Shown here piece by piece: positions 38,972 to 48,149 of a stretch of DNA of 64,000 nt (within the stretch, counting starts at the first letter, position 1; each line of letters opens with the position of its first letter). The translations under genes and the position numbers were made by a program. Under the pieces are notes generated by a model. It was not told the DNA's origin. It worked only from the letters and a program-made list of their open reading frames with translations, and did no database searches. The DNA is from Flavobacteriales bacterium (GTDB lineage: Bacteria; Bacteroidota; Bacteroidia; Flavobacteriales_F; PHOS-HE28): the NCBI GenBank assembly GCA_020635715.1, contig JACJZG010000012.1:24680-88679 (forward strand). Direction: 5' to 3'.

Positions 38972-40469
38972 TTGAGCACACTTCGCAAACTCGCCGGCCA
39001 GACAGCCATCTACGGGCTGAGCAGCATCGTTGCGCGCTTCCCTGAACTTCCCTGCTGGTGCCCTTGTACACCAGCAGTCTTCGTCTTCGCGTTTGGCGGA
39101 ATACGGCGTGGTCACCGCGCTCCACTTCCTGATGCCTGCTCAACGTGGTGTCACCTTCTCGGCATGGAGATCCACCTTCTTCCGCTTCGCCAACAACAAG
39201 GACCATGTTGGCGAAAACCCTGATGGTGGGCGTGCTGCGGCCAGCACCGCCACCTGGTCTTCTTCTTCCCCCGCGCTCGCCTTCATGCTCCTCGGCGGTC
39301 TGTTCTCACAACAACTGGCGGATGGTCTCCACTTCAGTGCATACGCCAGCTCGGTGCTCATGCTCGTGGGCATCATCGGTATCGATGCCATCACCGCCAT
39401 CCCCATGGCACGCTTACGCCAGGAAGGACGGCCCTGGAAATACGCCGCCATCAACCTGCTCAGCGTGGGCGTGAACATCGGCCTCAGCCTCTTCTTCCTG
39501 TTGTACTGCATGAAGCGCTACAACATGGGCGAGAGCAACGCGCTGATCGACGCGGTGTACGACCCTTCGCTCGGTGTGGGCTATGTGTTCGCCATCAACC
39601 TCGTGAGCACCGCGGTGAAACTGCTCGTGCTTCTACCCTCGTGGCCCCGGTTCGGTGGCTTGAACAAGGAGCTGCTGCGCGCGATGTTCGCCTTCGGTGC
39701 GCCGCTCATGATCGCGGGTCTCGCCGGCATGGTGAACGAGACCGCCGACCGTGTGATCCTCAAGTACCTCCTGCCCGCCGATGTGGCCGATAGCGAGCTC
39801 GGGATCTACGGCGCCTGTTACAAGCTGGCGGTGCTGATAACCCTCTTCATCCAGGCCTTCCGCATGGGCGCCGAGCCCTTCTTCTTCAGCCACGCGAAAG
39901 AGAAGAACAGCAAGGAGACCTTCGCCCGGATCATGAACATCTTCGTGGCCGTGTGCATGAGCGCCTTCCTGGTGGTGATGCTCTTCCTCGACCTGTTCAA
40001 GTGGTTCATCCCGAACCCGGCCTACCACGTTGGATTACGCGTGGTGCCGATCCTGATGCTCGCCAACGTCTTCCTGGGCATCTACTACAACCAGAGCGTG
40101 TGGTACAAGCTCACCGACCGGCCGCGTGTGGGTAGCACCATCAGCATCATCGGCGCGGGCATCACTATCGTGCTGCTCTTCGCACTGATACCCGCTATGG
40201 GCTACATGGGCGCCGCATGGGCCACCTTCATTTGCTACGCGTGCATGGCGGCCATCAGCTACGTCTGGGGGCAGAAGCATTACCCGATCCCGTACAACGT
40301 GAGCCGCATCCTGCTGTACATGGCGGGTGCGGTGCTCTTGTGGTGGGGATGTGAGCAGCTGGCGTTGGAGGGAGCGGCCAACTATGCCATGCGCTCTACA
40401 GCCTTGTTGATCTTTCTGGCCGCTGCCTGGAAGCTTGAAAAGGACGTGCTCCGACCTTTGCGGGCATGA
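38972..40469 (+). pseudogene. MOP-superfamily (Wzx-like) polysaccharide/oligosaccharide flippase. The first ~290 nt are frame-disrupted and the remaining 400 codons are intact.
   Basis: A TTG start gives (M)STLRKLAGQTAIYGLSSIVARF. The expected continuation LNFLLVPLYT..EYGVVTAL...LNVV.TFGMETTFFRFANNKD is only obtained after removing or adding single bases between 39,040 and about 39,260. Listed ORF 39030..40469 carries the intact polytopic remainder. Confidence 0.7.
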
Positions 40470-40924
40470 ACGAGGCCCATGAGCATTCCATCGAAGTCCG
40501 CATCACCAACCGCAGCCACCACCCGCTCCCCTCCTACGCCACCCCCCACAGCGCCGGCATGGATCTCCGTGCCAACCTGGACAAGCCGGTGACCCTGGAG
40601 CCCGGCCAGCGCGCCCTGATCCCCACCGGCCTCTTCCTGGAACTCCCCGAAGGCACCGAAGCCCAAGTGCGCCCCCGCAGTGGCCTGGCCTTCAAACATG
40701 GCATCACGGTGCTCAACAGCCCGGGCACCATCGACGCGGACTACCGCGGTGAGGTGGGCGTCCTTTTGATCAACCATGGCCACGAGGCCTTCGAGGTGAA
40801 GGATGGCGAGCGCGTGGCGCAACTGGTCATTGCCCGCTACCTGCGCGTCACTTTGGCAGAAAGTGCGGACCTTCGCGCCACTGAACGAGGAGCGGGCGGC
40901 TTCGGACACACCGGCACCCGCTGA
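40466..40924 (+). CDS. dut: dUTP diphosphatase
   Basis: Motifs [36 protein letters not shown] and [14 protein letters not shown] overlap with the flippase stop. Confidence 0.95.
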   Translation: MNEAHEHSIEVRITNRSHHPLPSYATPHSAGMDLRANLDKPVTLEPGQRALIPTGLFLELPEGTEAQVRPRSGLAFKHGITVLNSPGTIDADYRGEVGVLLINHGHEAFEVKDGERVAQLVIARYLRVTLAESADLRATERGAGGFGHTGTR

Positions 40925-40939
40925 GCGAGTTAGAACCGA

Positions 40940-41947
40940 ATGAAGATCATCGTCCCCATGGCCGGAATGGGCAAGCGGATGCGTCCGCACACCCACACCA
41001 CCGCCAAGCCCCTGCTGCCCATCGCCGGCAAGCCCATCGTACAACGCCTCGTGGAGGACCTGGCCGCCGTGGCCGGCGAACCCGTGGAAGAGGTCGCCTT
41101 CATCGTGCACCCCAGCTTCGGGGTGAAGGTGGAGAACGAGCTCGTGGCGATCGCCAAGGCCGTGGGCGCCAAGGGCACCATCCACTATCAAGAGGTGGCG
41201 TTGGGCACCGCCCATGCGATCCTCTGCGCCGAAAAGGCGTTGTGCGGCCGGGTGATCGTGGCCTTCGCGGATACCCTTTTCCGTGCCAAGTTGAAGCTGG
41301 ACAAGGACTGCGATGGCGTGATCTGGGTGAACAAGGTGGAGGATCCGCGGCCCTTCGGCGTGGTGAAGCTCGATGCCAGCGGCATCATCACCGAGTTCGT
41401 GGAGAAGCCCCAGGAGTTCGTGAGCGACCTGGCGATCATCGGCATCTACTACTTCGCCGATGGCGAGTACCTGCGCAAGGAGATGCAGTTCCTGATCGAC
41501 AACGACATCAAGGACAAGGGCGAGTACCAGCTGACCAACGCCATGGAGAACATGAAGCAGAAGGGCGCACGCTTCAAGGCCGGCAGCGTGGACGTGTGGA
41601 TGGATTGTGGCAACAAGAACGCCATGGTCGATACCAACACCAAGGTCCTCGGCTTCCTGAAGGGAGAGAAAGGGCTGGTCAGTGCCTCGTTGAAACAGGA
41701 GCACAGCTTGGTGATCGAGCCTTGCTTCATCGGCGAGAACGTGACGATCACCAATAGCATCGTGGGGCCGAACGTGTCCATCGAGGGCGGTGCTGTGGTC
41801 AGCGGCAGCGTTGTGCGGAACTCGATCCTTCGCGGCCATACGCGTGTACAGGATTGTGTGATGGACAACAGCATGATCGGCGAACGGGCCAGCGTGAAGG
41901 GCACGGCACTTGATGTGAGCATCAGCGACGACAGTACCTTGGGATGA
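40940..41947 (+). CDS. Sugar-phosphate nucleotidyltransferase with a C-terminal left-handed beta-helix
   Basis: N-terminal MKIIVPMAGMGKRMRPHTHTTAKPLLPIAGKP (G-x-G-x-R signature). The C-terminus has hexapeptide-like repeats (ITNSIVGPNVSIEGGAVVSGSVV). Confidence 0.8.
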   Translation: MKIIVPMAGMGKRMRPHTHTTAKPLLPIAGKPIVQRLVEDLAAVAGEPVEEVAFIVHPSFGVKVENELVAIAKAVGAKGTIHYQEVALGTAHAILCAEKALCGRVIVAFADTLFRAKLKLDKDCDGVIWVNKVEDPRPFGVVKLDASGIITEFVEKPQEFVSDLAIIGIYYFADGEYLRKEMQFLIDNDIKDKGEYQLTNAMENMKQKGARFKAGSVDVWMDCGNKNAMVDTNTKVLGFLKGEKGLVSASLKQEHSLVIEPCFIGENVTITNSIVGPNVSIEGGAVVSGSVVRNSILRGHTRVQDCVMDNSMIGERASVKGTALDVSISDDSTLG

Positions 41948-43764
41948 CCATGCTCCCGGCCCCGATATCACACACGCCACGCTCAGGAGGTGTGCTGCTC
42001 GCCGTGCGGCGCACTGTTCTTGGTTCGTTGGTGCTCGTGCTGGTGGCGTGCAGCGGCCCCAAGACCGTGGCGGAAAAGCACACGGGCTCCGCGGAGCCGA
42101 GTGCGGCCACGAACGCCCCAGGGGATAAGCGGGCCCAGGTCATGCGGGTCTTCATGGAAGCGACCCAGGCCCGATTGGGCGGCCAGATCCCGAAGGCCGT
42201 TCAACTCTACCAGCAATGCCTCAAGCTGGACCCGACCAATGGGGCGGCACATTTCGAGCTCGCCAAACTTTACCACCAGGGACAGAACTTTCCCGCTGCC
42301 GTGGATCACGCCAAACGCGCCGTGGCCGCGGACAAGGAGAACATCTGGTACCGCTTCCTGCTCGCTGATCTCTATGCCCAGAACGAGCAGAGCAATGAAG
42401 CCGCCGCCGTTTACCGCGACGTGCTCGCCAAATGGCCGGACCGCTACGAGGTCTATTTCGACCTGGCCAACATGCTGGCATACGGCGGAAAGGTCGATGA
42501 GGCGATCAAGGTCTTCGATGACCAGGAACAGCGTTTCGGCCTGAGCGAGGAGCTCATCATGCACGAGTTCTCCATGCTCAGCCAGCAGGGCCGGATGGTG
42601 GAGGCACAGGCCCTGGTGGAGCGCGCGGCAAAAGCATACCCTGACGAACCCCAGTACATGGGTCTGCTCGCTGAGATCTACGATCAGCAGGGCGAACACG
42701 AGAAAGCACTCGAACAATACCGGAAGACGTTGGAGCGCGACCCGGATAACAGCATGCTCCGGATCGCCCTTGCCGAACACTACTACGGTGTTGGGAAGAT
42801 GGAAGAGGCATACAACGAACTCGGCCTCGCCTTCCTCGACCCCGACCTGGACATCGACGCCAAGATGCAGGTGCTCATCGGCTTCTTCGAAATGACCGAG
42901 CGCGAGGGTGAACAGCCCAACGACCGCCCCGACCTGATCCGTCGCTCCTACGCCTTGATCGAGTCCCTCGAGAAAGCGCACCCCGAAAGCGGGAAACCAC
43001 ACACCATCCACGGCGACTTCCTGCTTCGCGATGGCGAACTGGAAGAGGCGCGCGACCAGTTCCGCGAAGCATTGCGCACAGAGAAGGAGCGCTTCCCCAT
43101 CCACATGCAGCTGCTCCAACTGGACCTGCAACTCGGGGACCACGGATCCCTGCACACCGACGCGGAGGAGACGATCAGCATCTTTCCCACGGTACCGGAA
43201 CCTTACATCTACAACGGCATCGCCCTTTCCCAGCTCAAGCAGCACGATGCCGCCATCGAGACCCTGATCACGGGCCGTGACATGGTCGTGGACAACCCAC
43301 CCCTGCTCGCCCAGTTCTGGAGCAGCCTCGGCGATGCGTACAACGAGGCCGGTCGGCACGCCGATTCGGACAAGGCCTACGACAAGTCCCTTGCGCTGGA
43401 ACCGGACAACTCCGGCACGTTGAACAACTACGCCTATTACCTCAGCGTGCGTAACACGCAGCTGGAGAAGGCTGAACGCATGAGCGCTCGCTCACTCGAG
43501 CTTGCCCCGGGCTCGGCCACCTTCATGGATACCTACGCCTGGGTCCTGTTCAGGCTCCATCGTTACGCCGATGCCAAGGTCTGGATAGAGAAGGCGGTGG
43601 CTTCCGGCGAGGTCGATGGTGTGGTGGCCGAACACCACGGCGACATCCTCTTCGAGCTCGGCGACAAGACAGGTGCCCTGGAACAATGGCGCAAGGCGAA
43701 GGAACTAGGCGGAGGTAGCGAGCTGTTGGACCGCAAGATCAACGAAGGCGTTCGCGTGGAATGA
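41944..43764 (+). CDS. TPR-repeat lipoprotein
   Basis: Lipobox LVAC|S followed by multiple TPR units (A..Y...L...P.N..A...LA..Y). ATGA overlaps on both sides. Confidence 0.8.
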   Translation: MTMLPAPISHTPRSGGVLLAVRRTVLGSLVLVLVACSGPKTVAEKHTGSAEPSAATNAPGDKRAQVMRVFMEATQARLGGQIPKAVQLYQQCLKLDPTNGAAHFELAKLYHQGQNFPAAVDHAKRAVAADKENIWYRFLLADLYAQNEQSNEAAAVYRDVLAKWPDRYEVYFDLANMLAYGGKVDEAIKVFDDQEQRFGLSEELIMHEFSMLSQQGRMVEAQALVERAAKAYPDEPQYMGLLAEIYDQQGEHEKALEQYRKTLERDPDNSMLRIALAEHYYGVGKMEEAYNELGLAFLDPDLDIDAKMQVLIGFFEMTEREGEQPNDRPDLIRRSYALIESLEKAHPESGKPHTIHGDFLLRDGELEEARDQFREALRTEKERFPIHMQLLQLDLQLGDHGSLHTDAEETISIFPTVPEPYIYNGIALSQLKQHDAAIETLITGRDMVVDNPPLLAQFWSSLGDAYNEAGRHADSDKAYDKSLALEPDNSGTLNNYAYYLSVRNTQLEKAERMSARSLELAPGSATFMDTYAWVLFRLHRYADAKVWIEKAVASGEVDGVVAEHHGDILFELGDKTGALEQWRKAKELGGGSELLDRKINEGVRVE

Positions 43765-44651
43765 ACGGGGGGAGCATCGCGTTGGCGCTTTCCGCGCTCC
43801 TCCTTGCCGCCGGTTGCAAGTCCCGGAAGCCGATACCCATCCTGCGACCCGAACTGCCGGCGCGAAGCGCCGAGAAGCTCATCGAGCGAGTCACGGCGGC
43901 ACATGCCGACACCTTCCGTTATTATTCGGCGAAGGCCGGCGTGGATATCGAACTTCCCGATGGAGGCAAGAGCTTCAAGGCACAGATCCGCTCCGTTCGC
44001 GATAGTGCCGCCTGGATCAGCGTGGTGCCCGCGCTCGGTATCGAGGTGGCGCGCATCCTGCTCACCTCGGATTCGCTGAAGCTGATGGACAAGCTCCACG
44101 ACGAGTATTTTGTGGGCGATACGGGCACGGCGAAGGCGCGCTTCGGGCTGCAACCCAGCCTCGACCTGTTCCAACAGGCCCTGCTGGGAAAGCCCATCGG
44201 TCTTGTTCCTTCGGAGAAATACCGCAGCGACCGGGAGGACGGGCAGTACGTCCTGACGAGCCGTGAGAAACGCCGGTTCATCCGGGCCGCCGAGGACATC
44301 AGCCCGGGTGATACCCTCGCTCACGATCGCGACATGAAGGAGAAGCGGCTGGAGCGCACACTGCGCAAGGCCGAGGAGAAGGAAGCCATCGTCCTGCGGT
44401 ACTGGATCGAACCCGACAGCTTCCTCGTTTCACGCGTGCAGATCGCCGACCTCGTACGCGACCAGACCGCCGATGTGCGTTATGAGGAACGGGGCGATGC
44501 CTCCATCCACCACCTGCCCACCCGGATCCGCATCACCCTGCGCGATGGTGAACGGCAGGCGACTGGCCTGTTGGATCTCTCGCGTGTGGAATTGGAGGGT
44601 CCGTTGCAGATGAGCTTCCGCATACCTGAGAAATTCACCCCGATGCCATGA
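43761..44651 (+). CDS. Lipoprotein, DUF4292-like (LolB-like fold family commonly found after the TPR gene in Bacteroidota)
   Basis: Lipobox LAAGC|K, 296 aa. The gene order TPR, then this ORF, then EnvC-like M23 matches what I recall for DUF4292. Assignment is from memory. Confidence 0.55.
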   Translation: MNGGSIALALSALLLAAGCKSRKPIPILRPELPARSAEKLIERVTAAHADTFRYYSAKAGVDIELPDGGKSFKAQIRSVRDSAAWISVVPALGIEVARILLTSDSLKLMDKLHDEYFVGDTGTAKARFGLQPSLDLFQQALLGKPIGLVPSEKYRSDREDGQYVLTSREKRRFIRAAEDISPGDTLAHDRDMKEKRLERTLRKAEEKEAIVLRYWIEPDSFLVSRVQIADLVRDQTADVRYEERGDASIHHLPTRIRITLRDGERQATGLLDLSRVELEGPLQMSFRIPEKFTPMP

Positions 44652-45901
44652 GGATCATGCACATGATCCGCAACTTCGTGGTCATGCCGCGCCTGGCCGT
44701 TGCCTTCCTGTTCCTGCTCCTTGTGGCAGGCGCTTCCGCGCAGAGCAAGAAGGAACTGGAGAAGAAACGGGCCGCACTCGACAAGCAGATCAAGACGACC
44801 ACCGCCCTGATCGATCAGGCCCGGAAGGAACAGCGCGTCACCCAGGAGCAACTGCGCCTGCTGGAGAGCCAGATCCAGGCCCGGGAGGAATTGATCAATG
44901 CCATGAGCGGTGAACTCCGCAAGGTGGACCAACGCATCACCGAGGATCTGGAACTCGTCGCCTCATTGAAACAGGACCTCGTGACGCTCCGCGAGGAATA
45001 TGCACGCATGCTGCAGTTCGCGTACCGCAACCGGAGCGCCTATGACCGCATGAGCTACCTCTTCGCGGCCAACAGTTTCCAGCAGGCCTATCGACGTTCG
45101 CGCTACTTATCGCAGATCGCGGAACAACGCAAACGACAGGCCGCGCTCATCGAGGAGACCCGCGCCACCATCGACGAGCGATTGGCAGGACTGCAGGTGC
45201 AGCGCGAGGAGAAGACCAAGCTCATGAGCGAACAGCAGGTGGAGCGCAAGCGGCTGGATGGCGACCGCCATGGCCAGCAGGCTGCGCTCACCAACCTGAA
45301 GAAGGAGGAAGGCCGCCTGCGTGAGACGCAGAAGAAACAGGAGAGCCAGCGCCGCGACCTCGACGTGGCCATCCGCAAGGCCATCGAGGCGGAGCTGAAG
45401 CCCAAGACCAGACCGGGCGCCAAACCGGGTACCACCTCGAAACTGGACCTGACACTCACCCCCGAGGCCAAGGAACTGAACGCCGACTTCGAAAAGAACA
45501 AGGGTAAGCTTCCCTGGCCGGTGGAAAAGGGCGTCATCACCAGCCGCTTCGGCAAACAACCCCATCCGGTGCTCCCCGGCATCGTGATCGAGAACAACGG
45601 CATCGACATCACCACCGAGAAGAACGCCAGTGTACGGGCCTTGTTCCGCGGAGAGGTGAGCAGCGTGATCGTGATCCCCGGAGCTGGCAAGGCCGTGATC
45701 CTGAGCCATGGCGTGTATCGCACCGTGTACAGCAACCTGCGTGAGGTGAGCGTGACCAAGGGCCAGAAGGTGGACACCAAGCAGACCGTGGGCACCGTGC
45801 TCACCGACGACAACGGCTCCGTGGCCCATATCGAGCTCTGGAAGATCACCGCAGAGGGGCTCGTGAAGGTCGATCCGGGACCCTGGCTCTTCCGCGACTG
45901 A
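44648..45901 (+). CDS. EnvC-like murein hydrolase activator (coiled coil plus degenerate LytM/M23 domain)
   Basis: Signal peptide, ~230-aa heptad-rich coiled coil, and a C-terminal LytM-like domain (GKLPWPV..G.ITSRFG...NNGIDI...VAHIELWK) lacking the full HxxxD/HxH set. Confidence 0.8.
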   Translation: MRIMHMIRNFVVMPRLAVAFLFLLLVAGASAQSKKELEKKRAALDKQIKTTTALIDQARKEQRVTQEQLRLLESQIQAREELINAMSGELRKVDQRITEDLELVASLKQDLVTLREEYARMLQFAYRNRSAYDRMSYLFAANSFQQAYRRSRYLSQIAEQRKRQAALIEETRATIDERLAGLQVQREEKTKLMSEQQVERKRLDGDRHGQQAALTNLKKEEGRLRETQKKQESQRRDLDVAIRKAIEAELKPKTRPGAKPGTTSKLDLTLTPEAKELNADFEKNKGKLPWPVEKGVITSRFGKQPHPVLPGIVIENNGIDITTEKNASVRALFRGEVSSVIVIPGAGKAVILSHGVYRTVYSNLREVSVTKGQKVDTKQTVGTVLTDDNGSVAHIELWKITAEGLVKVDPGPWLFRD

Positions 45902-45920
45902 TCCGGGCCGCCCGATCGGC

Positions 45921-45928
45921 TACCTTTG
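45921..45928 (+). promoter_or_regulatory. Bacteroidota -7 box (TACCTTTG)
   Basis: Perfect TAnnTTTG match 20 nt upstream of the tatA ATG. Confidence 0.35.
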
Positions 45929-45947
45929 ACCCACAATCGCTTCGGAG

Positions 45948-46136
45948 ATGTACTCCCCATTCCTTTCCATCCTGCTCGGTGTTATCGGGCCCTGGCAGAT
46001 CGTCCTGGTCGTCGTGGTGCTGCTTCTGCTCTTCGGCGGGAAGAAGATCCCCGAGCTCATGCGCGGCCTTGGTCAGGGCATGAAGGAGTTCAAGGACGCC
46101 AGCAAGGGCGACGAGAAGAAGGACGACGCGAAGTAG
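45948..46136 (+). CDS. tatA: Twin-arginine translocase subunit TatA/E
   Basis: 62 aa: TM helix, then [21 protein letters not shown], then a charged tail. Confidence 0.85.
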   Translation: MYSPFLSILLGVIGPWQIVLVVVVLLLLFGGKKIPELMRGLGQGMKEFKDASKGDEKKDDAK

Positions 46137-46143
46137 TGCACGC

Positions 46144-47550
46144 GTGACCCCGACCGATCCCGCAACCAGCACACCCGTGCTTTCCCGCGATGGGCGGGTA
46201 ACGGAGACCGTGGAGCGCGCGCTCGCCGTCGCCACCGCCAACTCCGAACTCAACGCCTACCTCGAGCTTTTTAATGAGAGCGCCCGCGAACACGCTGGCC
46301 GTGTGGAGGATCGTGTGCGCCAGGGCGATGCAGGGCCACTTGCTGGAATGGTGCTCAGCATCAAGGACAACATCTGTTACAAGGGCCACCGGGTGAGCGC
46401 GGCTTCACGGATCCTGGAAGGCTTCACCTCCCTCTACAGCGCCACCGTCGTCGAACGCCTGCTCGCCGCCGACGCGGTGATCATCGGTCGCACCAACTGC
46501 GACGAGTTCGCCATGGGCAGCAGCAACGAGAACAGCGCTTTCGGCAATGTGCTGAACCCGGTGGACCGCACCAAGGTTCCCGGAGGATCCAGCGGTGGCG
46601 CCGCAGCTTCCGTGGCGGCCGGTACGGTGCATGCCGCACTGGGCAGCGATACAGGAGGTAGCATCCGCCAGCCCGCGTCGTTCACAGGAACGGTCGGATT
46701 CAAGCCCACCTACGGCCGCGTAAGTCGGTATGGTCTCATCGCTTTCGCCAGCAGCTTTGATCAGATCGGACCCTTCGCACGCAACGTGGCTGATACCGCC
46801 GCCGTGTACGAAGTGATGGCCGGGCACGATCCAAAGGACGGCACCACCAGCCACAAGCCCGTGGACCCGATCGACCTGCAACACCCCGGCAAGCTTCGCA
46901 TCGGCTACTACCGCGAGGGCCTGGAACGTCAGGGCATGGATCCGGAGATCGTGGCGCACCTCCAGGCGCACATCGACCGCTTGAGGGCGGAGGGACATAC
47001 CGTGGAGCCGATCGAGGTTCCCCTGCTCGACCACCAGGTCCCCACGTACTACATCCTCGCCACTGCCGAAGCCAGCAGCAACCTGGCGCGTTTCGATGGT
47101 ATCCGCTTCGGGCACCGCAGCACCAAGGCAAAAGGGGTGGATGAGACCTATCGGCTCAGTCGTACCGAGGGTTTCGGACCCGAGGTGAAGCGCCGCATCC
47201 TGCTGGGGACCTTCGTCCTTAGTGCAGGCTACTACGATGCCTATTACGCACAGGCTCAACGCGTGCGCCGCATCATCCGAGACCACACCCTGGAGACCTT
47301 CGCGCAATACGATCTGATCCTGAGCCCCACCTGTCCGACCACGGCATTCGGTCACGGTGCCATTTCCGACCCGGTGGCCATGTACCTCCAGGACATTTTT
47401 ACCGTGCAGGCCAACCTCGCCGGTGTCCCCGCCATAAGCCTGCCCACGGGCACCCATAGCAATGGCCTGCCCTTCGGCGTGCAACTCACCGGCAAGCCCT
47501 TCGACGAGGCCCGCCTGTTGGCCGCCAGCGCCCACCTCTTCGGCCGCTGA
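46144..47550 (+). CDS. gatA: Glutamyl/aspartyl-tRNA amidotransferase subunit A
   Basis: Amidase signature GGSSGGAAASVAAG...GSDTGGSIRQPA. 468 aa with a GTG start. Confidence 0.95.
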   Translation: MTPTDPATSTPVLSRDGRVTETVERALAVATANSELNAYLELFNESAREHAGRVEDRVRQGDAGPLAGMVLSIKDNICYKGHRVSAASRILEGFTSLYSATVVERLLAADAVIIGRTNCDEFAMGSSNENSAFGNVLNPVDRTKVPGGSSGGAAASVAAGTVHAALGSDTGGSIRQPASFTGTVGFKPTYGRVSRYGLIAFASSFDQIGPFARNVADTAAVYEVMAGHDPKDGTTSHKPVDPIDLQHPGKLRIGYYREGLERQGMDPEIVAHLQAHIDRLRAEGHTVEPIEVPLLDHQVPTYYILATAEASSNLARFDGIRFGHRSTKAKGVDETYRLSRTEGFGPEVKRRILLGTFVLSAGYYDAYYAQAQRVRRIIRDHTLETFAQYDLILSPTCPTTAFGHGAISDPVAMYLQDIFTVQANLAGVPAISLPTGTHSNGLPFGVQLTGKPFDEARLLAASAHLFGR

Positions 47551-47577
47551 CCCGAACAACACCCGCACTTAGTAGCT

Positions 47578-47600
47578 ATTGTCCTGATATACAGGACAAT
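47578..47600. promoter_or_regulatory. Perfect palindrome ATTGTCCTG-ATATA-CAGGACAAT (possible operator or short terminator hairpin)
   Basis: 9-bp arms with a 5-nt AT loop, 28 nt after the gatA stop, in the lowest-GC patch of a 600-nt gap. No U-tract follows. Confidence 0.3.
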
Positions 47601-48149
47601 ATGCGCTATTCGACGTTCATTCCAGCACGCCCAGCACGCCTCGCTCACCTATTCCCAACGCGCAGACCCCGCTCTGCGCGGACCCATTTTCCCAAATACG
47701 TTCCCATTTTCCGGATCTGGTGGTGTATTTCCCTCCGTTCATAACCCCGTTCATATCTCTCCCCTTTGTTCATCTCCACCCCCTCCCTTTCCCCAATAAT
47801 TTTGCCGGGGGTGCTTTTCAGGGTTGCTCCTCCCCCGGAGCAGATACCCCCGGCCCAACGCCTCCTCCACCCACGCCCCGCAAGCCTTCTCACCGCTAGC
47901 TCTTGGTCGCGAGCCGGAGGGATCGTGAGCCGATCCGCTTCGTTCCAAGCCGGAATGACTCCCGAACATGGCGGCCCGCTCCTTGAGGGTTGAGCAACCC
48001 GCTGCCGCGCTATGGGCCTGGCTCCGGATGAAGCACCACTTTCAGATGACGTATTCCGAATGGCCCTTCGCCTCGTTTCCAGCCCTCCACAGACCGTTGT
48101 GCACATAACAAAGGCGTTGTTCCAACGTATGAAGGATAATTTGGTGCCC

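Noticed and set aside
40382-43359. Minus-strand ORFs of 532 and 458 codons antisense to dut, nucleotidyltransferase and the TPR gene
   Set aside because: They are shadow ORFs with His/Gly/Val/Leu-rich low-information sequence, and the plus-strand genes carry clear family motifs.
47551-48149. RNase P RNA, tmRNA or SRP RNA in the 600-nt gap
   Set aside because: The universal motifs are absent on either strand: GAGGAAAGTCCGGGC and ACAGAACCCGGCTTA for RNase P, the tRNA-like 3' end GGTTCGA..CCA with a tag ORF for tmRNA, and GGAAGCAGCC for SRP.
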